64,000 nucleotides of DNA from Eledone cirrhosa (taxonomy: Eukaryota). The translations under genes were made by a program, and so were the position numbers. Below, piece after piece: positions 28,464 to 42,790 of this stretch. The notes beneath the pieces were generated by a model. It saw only the letters and a list, made by a program, of their open reading frames with translations, was not told the origin of the DNA and made no database searches. The stretch covers positions 45,012,001-45,076,000 of the forward strand of contig OZ024751.1 of assembly GCA_964016885.1 (NCBI GenBank), in the 5' to 3' direction. Positions within the stretch are counted from its first letter, which is position 1; every line of letters starts with the position of its first letter.

Positions 28464-28602
28464 ATATATGTATATATGTATATATATAGTGAATATCATT
28501 TCACACCTTTTATTGTTAAGGTTTTTGATGTTCTATTGACAGAATCGATTTTACTGAAAATATCGAATAATGTACACCATTTTACCAGAAAAAAATACTG
28601 GT

Positions 28603-28635
<33 letters not shown>

Positions 28636-28707
28636 TTCTCACACACACACACACACACATATATACACACACACATACACACGCGTACATTAACATACAA
28701 AGAGACT

Positions 28708-28770
<63 letters not shown>

Positions 28771-29241
28771 CTCCGTATAAGACAAGAGCTGAAAAATATC
28801 TTTTAACATGTTAAAATATCCCTCACTCACTTACAGACACATTCCTACTGACCATCCCTCTACCACGAATTACTCTGCTATACACACACACACACACACT
28901 TGTCTTAATAGGCATTTGAACTGCAACAGGCTGCGGTCCGCACACACATCCCTGCTAACCATTATCACAACAACGAACACTTTACTACTACTACTACACA
29001 CACACACATATTTGTTGTGAAAGAGTCATTTCTCAGTCTTGGCGCAAAATCAATTTTTTACATTCACATGACCTCTACCGACCAATCAAAATTGTTTTGA
29101 CCACAAGAATTTTTGCAACACGAATTGGCGCAAAAACCAATTTTAATAGCGCTGGAGCCACTTTTTTAACATAAAAACAGGTAGAATTCCCAAAACTAAT
29201 CAGATCAGAGCAAACATCACGGACGCTCTATCTCAAAATTA

Positions 29242-29278
29242 TTTTTGAAAAGCATTTAGAAATGCGCAACCGGTAAAA
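29242..29278 (+). ncRNA. Degenerate hammerhead-like motif in the PLE 3' repeat
   Basis: TTT-TTGAAAA-GCATT-TAGA-AATGC-GCAA-CCGG-TA-AAA: U3/A8 core, GAAA replaced by GCAA. Also present in the inverted copy (~26916-26952) and at ~37641-37676. Confidence 0.5.
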
Positions 29279-29425
29279 CTTAAAACCAAAACTGAATACT
29301 AACCAATACAATTACTAATTCTCATTTATTCCTAATTAAACTATTTTTCACTGTGAACAATTTGTCAGCATTTTCTATTCCGTTTACCAATATATAATAA
29401 CTTGTGTGTTACACCTCTATTCTTT

Positions 29426-29476
<51 letters not shown>

Positions 29477-29502
29477 TTATATTTATATATATATATATAT
29501 AT

Positions 29503-29974
29503 CCAAAATTAAATTAAGGTTGTCATGTCTGAGAGACATGCGCCATATTCACTGCAGAATAAGTTCAAAGATCCCAATGAATAGATCCGAGCATTTTAAA
29601 TCAACTAGAAATAGATTGACACATATATATATAAAATAAACACATGAAACAATCTCAGGGAATAATTTGTAAAGTGTGTAAGCACACATAGCATTTGCTG
29701 TGTAAACACGGATGGTTGGATCTTCTCCTTTGGTGACCATCCAGGATTTGACCGCTGTCATTTACTGATTAATTGGTGAAATATATTTTTTATTTAAAGA
29801 AATATATACAAAGGAGATTAATCATTTTAAAAGGTATCTATATTTGAAGTTGTAGTTAAACTTTAATTAGTTACCTACCTAGCTATGTGTGCTTACACAC
29901 TTTACAAATTATTCCCTGAGATTGTTTCAGGTGTTTATTTTATATATATATGTGTCAATCTATTTCTAGTTGAT
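29503..29974. mobile_element. Inverted-repeat insertion in (TA)n
   Basis: 93-bp inverted repeat 29600-29692/29882-29974 with one mismatch; the left arm extends to the (TA)n at ~29502. Confidence 0.6.
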
Positions 29975-29993
29975 ATATAAATATATGTATATA

Positions 29994-30058
<65 letters not shown>

Positions 30059-30075
30059 TATACATATATATATAT

Positions 30076-30241
<166 letters not shown>

Positions 30242-30270
30242 TATACATATATATATATTATATATATATA

Positions 30271-30358
<88 letters not shown>

Positions 30359-30359
30359 T

Positions 30360-30442
<83 letters not shown>

Positions 30443-30473
30443 CATATTATATATATATATTATATATATATAT

Positions 30474-30726
30474 AACGAAGAAAGTGTGGTAAGGAACCAG
30501 GTGGACCATAACGCACCAGAGTACTCGATACTTTATGTAGTAGAGTGGGTAATAGGAAAAGAGACAGGACCCCGACGGCTGAGCTCCGGCCGTTTCGACA
30601 GTCGGGGTCCTGACTCTTTACCTATATATATATATATAACGAAGGAAATGTGGTAAGGAACCAGGTGGACCATAACGCACCAAAGTACTCAATACTTAGG
30701 GTAGTAGAGTGGGTAATAGTACTCGT

Positions 30727-30730
<4 letters not shown>
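30474..30730 (-). mobile_element. Two adjacent family-A PLE-like 3' ends in (TA)n; the first is folded back
   Basis: AACGAAG(G/A)AA..TGGTAAGGAACCAGGTGGACCATAACGCACC occurs twice; arms 30553-30576/30601-30624. Confidence 0.7.
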
Positions 30731-30794
<64 letters not shown>

Positions 30795-30949
30795 AAGGGA
30801 GATTGTCAGCCCGTGCGTCTGTAAGTGTGTGTCTGTGTAGTGTGTGTATATATATATATATATGTTCGTGTGTGTTTATATCTGTGTCCGTATATCCACA
30901 TCATACATCATGTATACACGCAAGTTATACATTCATATATGCATTCATT

Positions 30950-31750
30950 CATACAGACATACATACATACATACACACACACGCACACACACACATAAAT
31001 ACATACATAAAGACATACATACATACTTACATTCATACATAAAGACATACATACAAACATACATACACACACATTTATACACACATACATACACATACAT
31101 ACACACACACATAAATACATACACACATACACATACATACATACACACATACATACACATACATACACACATACATACACACACACATAAATACATACAT
31201 AAAGACATACATACATACTTACATTCATACATAAAGACATACATACACACATACATACGTACACACATACATACACATACATACACACACACATAAGTAC
31301 ATACATAAAGACATACATACATACTTACATTCATACATAAAGACATACATACACACATACACATACATACATACGTACACACATACATACACATACATAC
31401 ACACACACATAAGTACATACATAAAGACATACATACATACTTACATTCATACATAAAGACATACATACACACATACACATACATACATACACACATACAT
31501 ACACATACATACACACACACACATAAATACATACATAAAGACATACATACATACTTACATTCATACATAAAGACATGCATACACACATACATACACATAC
31601 ATACATACACACATACATACACATACATACACACACACATAAATACATACATAAAGACATACATACATACTTACATTCATACATAAAGACATACATACAC
31701 ACATACATACACATAGATACATACATACACACATACATACACACATACAT
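30950..31750. repeat. (CATA/CA)-derived minisatellite with ACATAAAGACATAC..CTTACATTC core
   Basis: Core repeated ~6 times, mostly at ~115-125 bp spacing. Confidence 0.85.
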
Positions 31751-31905
31751 ACATTATAATATCACATCTTAGAAGAGACCACAGAGTCACCCCACCCATG
31801 TTGCTGGAGACATTATACAAAAATGTTTAATAAAATAAATGAACAACTTCATCTAAAATAATACATTATATCACTAATCATTTTTGTCGCTGACTCAGGT
31901 TTAAT

Positions 31906-32022
<117 letters not shown>

Positions 32023-32115
32023 TATAAATTTATATATACATATATATATATATATATGAGTGTAGTGTGTGCGTGTTTATATATATATATATATATTTAT
32101 ATCTATATATACATA

Positions 32116-32183
<68 letters not shown>

Positions 32184-32608
32184 TATGTTTGTATATATAG
32201 ATATAAATATAGATATATATAAACACACACACACTACACTCATATATATATATATGTATATATATGTATATATATATGTATATATATATTTATATAAATG
32301 TATATTTATTTATATATATATATTTATATATATGTATATTTATTTATATATATATACATATATATATACATATATATATATATGTATGTATATATATATG
32401 TAATCTATGTATGTATATGTATGCATACATGTATTATGTATACATAACCCATATATATATATATATATATATATACATACTTGTATGCATACCTATATAC
32501 ATCTACGTCCACACACTCATACACACACGCAACACACACACACACGCAATACACACACACAGGCACACATACACAGGCACACATACACATGTACGAGACA
32601 CACACATA

Positions 32609-32679
<71 letters not shown>

Positions 32680-33069
32680 CTTGTGTAAAAGAAAGTAGGT
32701 GAATTAATGTGATTTAATTCCTTAATATATTGTCTGAAATTGATATTCATAGCGATCTTGAACGACATTTGCTGCCATTTGATACGTTTTACTGGCTACC
32801 ATTTAAAAAAAACTCCGCCTAGCTGTTAAATTTGAGATTTTTCTTTTCTTCGGTTGGTTTGTGTGGTGGTGTGAGTTAAGGGCAGTTTCTTTACGAACTG
32901 AAAGATCCAAAGACAAAGAACAAACGTTTTTGTGGTTTCAATTCATTACGGAAACTTCTTCCCTTCAGTTACAAAGTCAGTGTGTTGTTATTTGGAAAAT
33001 ATACGAGTGTTAAATATTCAGATTTGCCATTATAGTATTGCTCTTGTTTTTTAGTGATCTCAGCCTAGA

Positions 33070-33920
33070 TGTTGGAACTAAAACAACTACATCGTGGAAA
33101 AGACATTTAAACCACAGTTGTACTTGTCCTGCAAGCGACTTGATCTGAGATTGTGTATTGAAACTAAAATAATCATATTCTTTAAGGGTCATGTTAACCA
33201 CAGTTGTACTAAAACAACTACATCGTGGAAGAGAAGAATCATTTAAACCACAGTTGTACTTCTCCTGCAAGCGACTTGATCTGAGATTGTGTATTGAAAG
33301 TAAAACAATTATATTGTTTAAGAGTTATGTTAACCACAGTTGTATATATCTAGCAAGTGACTTGATCTGAGATTGTGTATTGAAACTAAAACAATTATAT
33401 CATGGAAGAGTCATTTTGGCCACAGTTGTACTTGTCTGTCAGGTGACTTGATCTAAGACCGTATGTTGAAGTTAAATAGTTACATTATGGAAGAGATATT
33501 TTAGCCAAGGTCGTACGCGCCTGGCCTGGCAAGTGACTTGATCTGAGACTGTGTTGAAACTAAAACAACTATATTGTGAAAGAGTTACTTTAAACACAAT
33601 CGTATTTGTCTAGCAAGTGATTTGAACTGAGACTATGGAGTGTTGAAATAAAAACAATTATATTGTGGAAGAATCATTTTAACCACAGTTGTACATTGTC
33701 TAGCAAGAGACTTGATCTGAGACTGTGTTGAGACTAAAACAATTACAGCATAGAAGAGAGAGACATTTTAGCTACAATTGTATTTGTTTTGGAAGTGACT
33801 CTATCTGAGACTGTGTGTTGAAATTAAACAATTATATTGCGGAAGAAACATTTTAACCACAGCTGTACATGTCCTGCTATTACTGCAGCTATTACATCGT
33901 AGAAGAGATATTTAAACATT
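33070..33920 (+). repeat. Diverged ~86-bp tandem repeat (~10 units); related units at 25985-26195
   Basis: Unit approximately ACCACAGTTGTACTTGTCTAGCAAGTGACTTGATCTGAGATTGTGTATTGAAACTAAAACAATTATATTGTGGAAGAGTCATTTTA. Confidence 0.9.
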
Positions 33921-34299
33921 TAGAAAACACTCAAAGCTGTTGTATTAACCTTTTTATGTTTATTTTATTGCACCTATCACCAAAGCAAAATGGACCTGGT
34001 AACATTTGAACTCAGAGCGCATATATTCTACGCTCTAATGACTCTGCCAAATCGAGCGCCATCGACTTAATCATTTACCCCATTTAACACTACTATGTGG
34101 CTTTGGGATGCGTTTAGTTAGGGTCCACTTTATCTTAAGTATGTGAGTCAGGTCTCCCAACTGAGGATAAATTCCTCCCTTTTATTTTCAGTCACGTAGA
34201 CGGTTCTAAAATAGGTCATATATATAGTTTCCATCTACCCAATTTCACCGACAAGACGTGGATCAACCCGTCTAAAAGTCTGTCTCAATCTAGGAAGCT

Positions 34300-34585
34300 C
34301 ATCAGGTCGGTGCATAACCCGGTTTTCGTAGCGTTAAGCGACTGAGAGTACAAGACTTCTTCCTGAACAGGACATCAAATCATCGCAAGGTTAAACCCCC
34401 AGCTATTGCTGGTACTTATTTTCAGCTGAGTATAATGGAGCGACGTGAAATGAAGTGTTTTTTTTTGTTTCTTTGTTTGTTTTTGTTCAAGAACATAACA
34501 CACAACCCGGTCCAGGAATCGAACCCACGACAGTATGATCGTAAGTCCAAAGTCCAACACCTTTACCCCAGGGCACGCACCTCCG
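34300..34585 (-). mobile_element. tRNA-derived SINE
   Basis: Reverse complement has B box GGTTCGATTCC and ...CACTTCATTTCACGTCGCTCC as in the 13024 copy. Confidence 0.75.
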
Positions 34586-35041
34586 CTGATCAACCTGGGA
34601 CTATAGTATATGACACTTGACCATGATACCTGGCGGGTGGAAGTTGAACCTGGAATTTAACGATTGCGGAGCGAACCTCTTGACAATTCGTCCTTGCTAC
34701 GTCAACGATTAAAATTAAAATTGAAACATCATATCATACAAACTAACTAATAACTAGTTATCTGTACTCTTAACAATTATCGTTTATGCTCCAGTTCCCT
34801 AGATGTAAACAGGGGAGAGGGCCACACGGTAGAACACTTAGAGTTCAATAAATTAGACAAACACCATCAGATTCGCTTGCAATACTAGAGGAATGGATGT
34901 TGGTGTAAGAGATCGTGTGGCTCTTTTTAGGTATTGGATAAAAACGGGACAATAGGGGAACATCTATAAAATATAATACAACGAATTGTAGACATCGTCA
35001 ATTCACTTCCTTTATTTTGTTTGCAAAATAACCTTACAAGT

Positions 35042-35092
<51 letters not shown>

Positions 35093-35146
35093 TATATATG
35101 TAACATATAATATACCTATGTACGTACGTACGTATGTGTATGCATG

Positions 35147-35190
<44 letters not shown>

Positions 35191-35516
35191 TATATCCGCG
35201 TTCCTTCTCAATTTAACGTTCAGTCTTTTGAGAGAGTAACAAAGCAGACGATGTCAGAGGCAGTCCTTTATACCATGTCTTTTAAAACTGTTGTGTGTTA
35301 ATGTAAACAATAACTATAATAATAGACCCCCTGCCCCCACCCAAGGGCTGGAAATACAAAAGGATTATTCAGTACTATGTATCCAACACTGTCCCTTGTT
35401 TTGGCTCCCTTTTTTTTCTTATCAACATCATTACATATGTTCTCGTTCCCTTCAACATACAAACAGAACCTTGTCCTCAAACACATGACACCAAGTACAT
35501 TTATACGTTTTATGAA

Positions 35517-35601
<85 letters not shown>

Positions 35602-35604
35602 GTG

Positions 35605-35665
<61 letters not shown>

Positions 35666-35668
35666 GTG

Positions 35669-35775
<107 letters not shown>

Positions 35776-35779
35776 ATAC

Positions 35780-35823
<44 letters not shown>

Positions 35824-35837
35824 ATACATATATGTGG

Positions 35838-35929
<92 letters not shown>

Positions 35930-35939
35930 CTATATATAT

Positions 35940-35981
<42 letters not shown>

Positions 35982-36144
35982 CGTATATATGTGTATGTTT
36001 GTGTAAGACATATATTTTCGCTTCACTGAACATGATTGCAGGTGTATTTGTCCTTTAAACTATATAGTATATTCAACCCTAATAAAATGGTAATCTTTCA
36101 CCCCATGTAACGATCACTTCACAATTTGTGAGGCACGTAATGTG

Positions 36145-36146
36145 TA

Positions 36147-36178
<32 letters not shown>

Positions 36179-36500
36179 GGTGGTGGTGGTGGTGGTGGTG
36201 GTGGTGGTGGTTGAGGGGAGAGAGCGGTGGTGGTTGGGGGGGGGGGGGGGGTGATGAAGGTGGTGGTGGTGGTGGTGGTGGCGGTTCTGGTGGTGGTGAT
36301 GGTGGTGGTGGATGATGGGAGAGAGCGGTGGTGGTGGTGGTGGTGGCGGTTCTGGTGGTGGTGATGGTGGTGGTGGATGATGGGAGAGAGCGGTGGTGGT
36401 GGTGGTGGTGGCGGTTCTGGTGGTGGTGATGGTGGTGGTGGATGATGGGAGAGAGCGGTGGTGGTGGTGGTGGTGGTGGTGGTAATGATGGTGGTAGTAG
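36145..36500. repeat. (GGT)n tract with three ~65-bp units (GGCGGTTCTGG...GATGATGGGAGAGAGC)
   Basis: Direct reading. Confidence 0.9.
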
Positions 36501-36530
36501 GGATCATTATTTGCTTCTTTTTTGGCAATA

Positions 36531-36610
<80 letters not shown>

Positions 36611-36691
36611 TATATATAAATATATATATACATATATACATATACATACATATATATATATATACATACATATATATATATATACATATAT

Positions 36692-36854
<163 letters not shown>

Positions 36855-37261
36855 ATATATGTATATATATATATATGTATGTATATGTATATATGTATAT
36901 ATGCATGTATGTATGTATGTATTTATATATGTATGTATGTATGTGTGTATGAATGTATGTATTTATGTATATAAGTATGCATGTGTATATGTAAGTATGT
37001 ACCCGTAACTCCTGAAGGGGTAGTAAAGGCGCCGTCGCGTCATACAGCGTACCCTGGGTATTTTGAAACTGGCGGATCCCATCTCTTATCCATGTGGGAA
37101 TACAGCCGATATCTTCCAGAGAAGATAGAAGGGGGGGGGAATGATATACAGGAAGTGAGAAAGTGGTAGAGAGGAACATTCTGACTCAGTTTGTGCTTTT
37201 GTTTTGTCTGTATGTGTGTGTGGGGGGGTCTGAGCAAGATGGGTTCTGCCGGGGTTTAAAA

Positions 37262-37313
<52 letters not shown>

Positions 37314-37600
37314 CATTTGGATGTAAGTCTACATGTGAGAACACATATCTGAGGAGCTTTCGATTCCAGAGTCAGGAACGAACATACTCGATCGTTCCCA
37401 GAGCTGATCGGTAGTGAAACATGTGTAATATGTGATTAAATATGTATATGATGCAACACTGATTCTTTGTTCCCTGATTATTATTATTGATAGTCTGCAC
37501 TCCCAATAGCATCGAGTGCTCTTCTTGGCATACGCGCCTGTGAACACAATCCAATTGCACCCTTTACTGCTTATATACATATATATATATTATATATATA

Positions 37601-37822
37601 GATCAGAGCAAACATCACGGACGTTCTATCTCAAAATTATTTTTGAAAAGCATTAGAAATGCGCAACCGGTAAAACTTAAAACCAAAACTGAATACTAAC
37701 CAATACTATTACTAATTCTCACTTATTCCTAATTAAACTATTTTTCACTGTGAACAATTTGTCAGCATTTTCTATTTTATTTACCAATATATAATAACTT
37801 GTGTGTTACACCTCTATTCTTT

Positions 37823-37825
<3 letters not shown>
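37601..37825 (+). mobile_element. Solo 3' end of the Neptune-type PLE
   Basis: Near-identical to 29202-29428; flanked by (TA)n on both sides. Confidence 0.9.
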
Positions 37826-37863
<38 letters not shown>

Positions 37864-37871
<8 letters not shown>

Positions 37872-38283
37872 ATACTTGGGGAGGGTCATATTTGTGTAAT
37901 ATTGCCAGAATTAATAACAGAACACACTCACTGTTTGGTTGGTTTTCGCTTCTCGCTGTCTTTTATATCTGCGATCTAACTTAATCGGTCCTCAATGTTG
38001 CCATTGACTGACCGACGGTCAAAAATAATACAGATACAATATAGACACAAACACATATATATAGTTTACATAATTTACATAAATCTTTCGTTGCACATCT
38101 GCAACATCGTCAGTGGTGTTATATTTTTTCCTCCTGTTGTGTTGTATGTCTACGCCATTTTTTATTCAGTCTGTCCTGTGAGTGTGTTCTGTTATTAATT
38201 CTGGCAATATTACACAAATATGACCCTCCCCAAGTATAACAATATTTGTTTCGACACACGATTTCATATAAAAAACCTCGCTA

Positions 38284-38287
<4 letters not shown>
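37864..38287. mobile_element. Inverted-repeat insertion (family B) in (TA)n
   Basis: 68-bp inverted repeat 37864-37931/38178-38245; same family as 59919-60364. Confidence 0.7.
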
Positions 38288-38325
<38 letters not shown>

Positions 38326-38367
38326 TTCCGTCTGTCTGCCAGTTTCTCTTTCTCTATCTCTCTGTAA

Positions 38368-38412
<45 letters not shown>

Positions 38413-38416
<4 letters not shown>

Positions 38417-39201
38417 CTTGATCAACTTGACCGACCAGTCTGTCGGGCGTCCATTCGGCGCCGCTGGTCACAGCACGCCGTCCATTCCTCTCTGGATTGT
38501 ACTTTCCTCATCCATGTAGTCCCAATCATATTCCTAAAATTGTAACTCCACCTTCGTGGAGGCCTTCCGAGTGGTCGTTTCCGCTCGTGCGGGTACCACT
38601 TGGTAACTGCGCGGGTCCACCGATTATCGGTGGACCGGGTGACGTGTCCAACCCATCTGAACTTCCTGCGCATATATTCCGTGTCAATATCATCGGCGAG
38701 ATACTTACCCACCTCCGTTTCGCTGATGACATCGTACTCATCGCTGAAACCACGGATCAGCTTCAGACCATGCTGGCGGAGCTCGACATCAAAAGCTCTG
38801 CAGTAGTCGTCAAGATGAACAGCATGAAAACGAAGTTCATGCGGTCCGACAACGTACCAACAGGTCGAATGGTGGTTGGCGGTGATGAAATAGAGGAGGT
38901 GGAGGAATACGTCTGCCTGGGACAAGAAGTGAACATGCGCCGAGACATTGAGAGGGAGATCTCGCGGAGAGTAAGAGACGGATGGAAGGCGTTCAACGGC
39001 ATAAGGGATGTGCTGAAGGGGAGGTTGGACAAGACCACCCGCGCCAACCTCTTCAATAGCACAGTTTTACCTGCAATGTTATATGGCAGTGAAACTTGGC
39101 CTACAACGAAGATCTAAGAGCAGAGGCTGGTAACGGCTCAAAGAGCCATGGAGAGATCAATGCTAGGAATCTCGCTGAGAGAGCACATCAGGAGCGAAGT
39201 C
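38413..39201 (-). mobile_element. RTE-clade LINE, 5'-truncated with internal inversion
   Basis: Minus 38679-38413 encodes the C-terminus KFRWVGHVTR..DNRW..WYP..KRPLGRPPRRW. Plus 38680-39201 encodes the upstream RT part LRFADDIVL..LYGSETW..QRAMERSMLG. Confidence 0.92.
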
Positions 39202-39210
39202 ATATATATG

Positions 39211-39267
<57 letters not shown>

Positions 39268-39268
<1 letters not shown>

Positions 39269-39380
39269 AGAGTATTGAAGTTTGCTTGAAGCATTGTGGA
39301 ATAATAAGTAAATATCTTTAAGTCGTTTGGAAGCCTCGACAATGCATTTGCATTGTCGAGGCTTCCAAACGACTTAAAGA

Positions 39381-39386
<6 letters not shown>
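39268..39386. repeat. Perfect palindrome (38-bp arms, TT loop) inside a (TA)n-flanked insert
   Basis: 39309-39346 is the exact reverse complement of 39349-39386. Confidence 0.95.
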
Positions 39387-39438
<52 letters not shown>

Positions 39439-39505
39439 TGTTTACTAAACCTAAACATTTCTTCGTCTTTCTCTTGCAACTTATCTCACACAGAACACAC
39501 GCTCC

Positions 39506-39539
<34 letters not shown>

Positions 39540-39787
39540 TTGTTGTTTCTTTTATAATAATTCTTCTTGTTGTTTTTATATACGTTTGTTTATATCATGG
39601 GCAATGTATTATTCATATATATGTAAGTGTGTGTGTGTGTATAAATACATATATGCATGTATGCATAAACCTTGCAAAACAAATATATATATATTTATAT
39701 ACATATACATTATACATATATATACATATATATATAGAGAGAGAGGGTGAGAGAGAGAAAGAGACAGTGAGACCGCGCAACAGTTTA

Positions 39788-39832
<45 letters not shown>

Positions 39833-39862
39833 CATATATACATATATATATATACATATACC

Positions 39863-39940
<78 letters not shown>

Positions 39941-40373
39941 GTATATATATATATATATACATAGATATATATATACACGAACTCGCATATACACATCCAA
40001 ATATTATTGTTTTTTCGTTCAAATGCACGCTTGCCTTAGTTTTCTTGTCTTGTCTAGACGAAAACTCCCTATACACTTTTCCACCAGTTCTTTGGTTCTT
40101 TACTTCTTTAATTGAATCTAGGTCTTTTATCTCTTTCCCTCTTTCCTTCTTTCTTACTATATTTCTTTCCCAACTGTTCTTTGTCGCTGCTTTCTCCTTT
40201 ATTCTTTCCATGTCTTTACATATACACACATATATACATACATATATATAGACATCTATATACATTATATTTACATTATATATACATAGATACATACATT
40301 ATATGTACATTATATATACATATATACATACATTATATGTACATTATATACACACGCATATATATATATATAT

Positions 40374-40452
<79 letters not shown>

Positions 40453-40918
40453 AATATATTTATATATACATGTATGCACAGACACACAAACAGATGGATA
40501 TATATACATGTATATATATGTGTATATATATATGTATGCATATATATACACTCACACATATATACATTTATGCATGTATGTATATATGTATGCATGTATG
40601 TATGTATATAAGCATGTATGTATGTTCTACTTGTCCATTTTTCTAGTACTTTAACAGGCCTACTTAAACCCGTAATTTCACTTCCGTCTGCTTTCTTCAA
40701 TCCCTTATCATGTATATGTATCCCATGACGATATGAAAAGAAAGAGAAAGAGAAGAAAAGGAAGAAGAGAACTTGGACCAACAAGACAACCAGCGATCAC
40801 CATCAGCCGACACACTCCGCTGACTCTTAGTGCAAGTTATTGCACTATACAGCAGACGACATTGGATAAGCTACAACACCATTACAAACACTCACACATA
40901 CACAGGCACACACTCATC

Positions 40919-40964
<46 letters not shown>

Positions 40965-41046
40965 TATAAAATGTGTGTACATATGTATATATATATATAT
41001 ATATATATAATGTGTATATATATATATAAATATATATATATATACA

Positions 41047-41088
<42 letters not shown>

Positions 41089-41300
41089 TATAAAATGTGT
41101 GTACATATGTATATATATATATATAATGTATATATATATATATATATAAATATATATATACACATGCATATATATATATATATATACATATATATAAAAT
41201 GTGTGTACATATGTATATATATATATATATAATGTGTATATATATATATAAATATAAGTATATATACACATTCATATATATATAACTAATTCATCGCCGC

Positions 41301-41444
<144 letters not shown>

Positions 41445-41759
41445 TATATATATAATGTGTGTGTGTATCTATATATATATGTAACATATTTATATATGTT
41501 ACCTATAAATATATATAACATGTATATATGTGTATGTGTGTGAGTGTGTATATGTATGTGTGCACGCGTGTGAGTGTGAGTGTGTGTGTGTGTGTGTGTA
41601 CAGAAGAGAATGAATCATCTTTCTATTCTAACTGCTACACAGACCTACGTGATTTAGAGAAGTCAGTGTTATGGAGAGAAAAAGAAGATGGTGTTTCGAA
41701 GCTGCCATTTTGTCACGTCTGAAAGAGAAGTCCAAAAAGACGAAGGCACGGACCCGCTA

Positions 41760-41903
41760 TGGACTGGTTCTTCTTTTATGAACCTCGAAAGGATTAAAGG
41801 CAAAGTTGACCTCGGCGGAACTTGAACTCAGGCAGCAGAGAGCTGAAACGAATACTGCAAACCATTCTACCCGACGTTCTAGCGACTCTGCCAATTCGCC
41901 ACC
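41760..41903 (-). mobile_element. SINE (second family)
   Basis: AAAGGCAAAGTTGACCTCGGCGGAACTTGAACTCAG...CTCTGCCAATTCGCCACC. Confidence 0.8.
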
Positions 41904-41971
41904 TAGGAATCGAACTCACGAGTTAACGATCCTCCGCTGAACAGCCATGTTTTGCGGATTTGTATACTAGC

Positions 41972-42790
41972 TTTGTTGTTGTTGTCGTTGTTGTCGTTGG
42001 TGTTGTCGTTGTGGTTGCGTTTGATGTGGTTGTTGTTGGGGTTTTTGTTGTAGTTGTTGGTATTGTTTTGGTTGTGGTTGTTGTTGCAGTTGTTTTTGTG
42101 GTGTTAGTTCTTGCAGTTGTTGCAGTTTGTGTTGTTGTGGTTGTTGTAGTTGTTTTTGTGGTTGTTGCTGTTGTTGTTGCTGTAGTTGTTGTGGTTCTTG
42201 AAGTTGTTGTTGTGGTTGTTGTTGTTGCAGTTGTTTTTGTGGTAGTAGTTGTTGAAGTTGTTGCAGTTGTCGTTGTTGTTGTAGTTGTTTTGTCGTTGTG
42301 GTTGTTGCTGTTGTTGTAGTTGTTTTTGTGGTTGTTGTTGTTGTTGTTGCTGTAGTTGTTGTGGTTCTTGCAGTTGTTGTGGTTGTTTTGTCGTTATTGT
42401 TGTTGTTGCTGTTGTTGAAGTAGTTGTTTTAGTGGTTGTTGTTGTAGTAGTAGTAGTAGTACTAGTAGTAGTAGTAGTAGTAGTGATGGTGGTGATGGTG
42501 GTGATGGTGGTGGTGGTAGTACTGGTGGTGGTGATGGTGGTGATGGTGGTGATGGTGGTGGCAGAGGAGGTGGTGGTGGTAGTGGCGGTGATGGTGGTAG
42601 TGGTAATTTTTGTTTGTTTATTGTTATTATTTCAGTTATTGTTGTTATTGCTGTTGTAGATGTTGTTATGTTGTTGCAGTTGTAGTTGTTCTTGTAGCAG
42701 TTGTTGTTGTTGTTGTTGTTGTTGCAGTTGTTTTTGTTGTTGTTGTTGTTGTTATTGTAATTGTAGCTGCTGTTGTTGTTGTTGTTGTTG
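41972..42790. repeat. Degenerate (GTT)n/(GTA)n/(GGT)n tract
   Basis: Direct reading. Confidence 0.9.

Larger units (their letters stand above)
26798..29428 (+). mobile_element. 5'-truncated Penelope-like element (Neptune-type) with inverted terminal copy of its 3' region
   Basis: RT and GIY-YIG coding region; 26798-26965 is the reverse complement of 29229-29396; both ends lie in (TA)n. Confidence 0.92.

Noticed and set aside
26798-29396. TIR DNA transposon
   Set aside because: The interior encodes RT + GIY-YIG rather than a transposase, and the right repeat is not terminal.
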